DNA from: Octopus vulgaris
Taxonomy: Eukaryota
DNA: 64,000 nucleotides
Direction: 5' to 3'
NCBI GenBank assembly: GCA_951406725.2
Contig: OX597839.1
Location: 28,768,001-28,832,000, forward strand
Position 1 is the first letter of the stretch. The number at the start of each line of letters is the position of its first letter. Both the position numbers and the translations under genes were made by a program. Of this stretch, positions 63,088-64,000 are shown one piece after another. The notes under the pieces are model-generated. The model made no database searches. It was not told where the DNA came from and saw only the letters and a list, made by a program, of their open reading frames with translations.

Positions 63088-64000
63088 TATTGTATTGTAT
63101 TGTATTGGCATCCTTTCTGTCTCGGGAGACAATGGAGTTGCGCATGTTTTTTTGTTTTTGTTTTTTGTTTTTTTGTAGTCTAGTCCGGCTTTTACATTTC
63201 ATGTCCTGGTACATTTCCTGCTGTGGCTGTGTAGTCCTATCCTGGACAAACACTCCCTCTTGCAGGTACCGCAAATGTAGTGAAGACTGTTCCTGGCTGG
63301 TTGTAGTGCCATAGTCTCTTGTTTACGTCTCTTCCTTTCTTTCCATTTCTCCTCTCTCTCTCTCTCACTCCTTTGTATTCCCTCTTTTACTGTACGTCGC
63401 CATTCTCCACGGTTGCCGGCAACTGCCTCCCAACCGCTAATATTGATGTTGCAGGCCTTCATGTCCCTTTTGCAAACATCCCTGTAACGTAAGATCGGTC
63501 TACCCACAGACCTAGTACCCCTAGCAAGCTCTCCGTAGAGTATGTCCTTGGGGATTCTGCCATCTTTCATACATCTAACATGCCCAAGCCATCTCATACG
63601 TCTTTGTGTGAGGAGTGCAAACATGCTTGGCTGAGGACATCTTTGTTGGGGATATGATTCTGCCATTTGATGCGGAGGATTTTTCGGAGGCAGCGCAGGT
63701 GAAAGATGTTTAGGCGACGCTCTTGGCGTGTGTATAGCGTCCAGGTCTCGCTTCCATACAGTAGAGTGCTGAGTACACATGCCTAGTAGATCTTCATTTT
63801 CGTGGTCTTGGTCAGCTTACCGAGTCAAAAGCCTTTGTTAGATCAATGAAAGCCATATATAATGGCATTTTCTGCTCTCTGGACTTCTCCTGAAGTTGGC
63901 GTATGGAGAATATCATATCGATAGTTGATCTGCTTCTTCTAAAGCCACACTGCGATTCCGGATAGATTCGAGAAGCAAGTAGTTGTAGCCTGGCCAGGAT
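63088..64000 (-). mobile_element. RTE-clade LINE with an internal RT deletion; runs off the window end
   Basis: 63821-64000 reads IYPESQCGFRRSRSTIDMIFSIRQLQEKSREQKMPLYMAFIDLTKAFDS; then TKMKIY*ACVLSTLLYGSETW...RWLGHV..M.DGRIPKDILYGEL...CGTCKRECLSRIGLHSHSRKC; (CAATA)n tail. Confidence 0.95.

Overview
Eukaryotic, AT-rich, extremely repeat-dense DNA. The tRNA-derived SINE families and the microsatellite load look like an octopus (coleoid cephalopod) genome; this is an inference from pattern recognition, not a search result. No intact multi-exon protein-coding gene is recognisable, and nearly all ORFs in the track are translated microsatellites or SINEs. Real protein-coding remnants are all from retrotransposons: two RTE/BovB-type LINE pieces, a Tx1/L1 zf-RVT piece, and Penelope-like (PLE) RT and GIY-YIG pieces. 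There are also several non-autonomous DNA transposons with clean TIR+TSD (two Merlin-like, one hAT, mariner/pogo-like, one unclassified 8-bp-TSD element), Helitron-like ends and a probable solo LTR. The most interesting signals are at the RNA level. (1) About ten minimal hammerhead-ribozyme-like cores, with covarying stem I, sit in short PLE-derived elements that often form fold-back pairs. (2) A ~205-nt headless retroposon, present twice, contains an HDV/CPEB3-like ribozyme fold. Weaker candidates are a small two-exon gene with tandem donors (12385-17549 +), a spliced non-coding transcript (42.9-51.4 kb -) and a CpG-decay domain at ~33-50 kb. SINE boundaries are approximate (+/-10-20 bp); TIR, TSD and splice coordinates were counted by hand.
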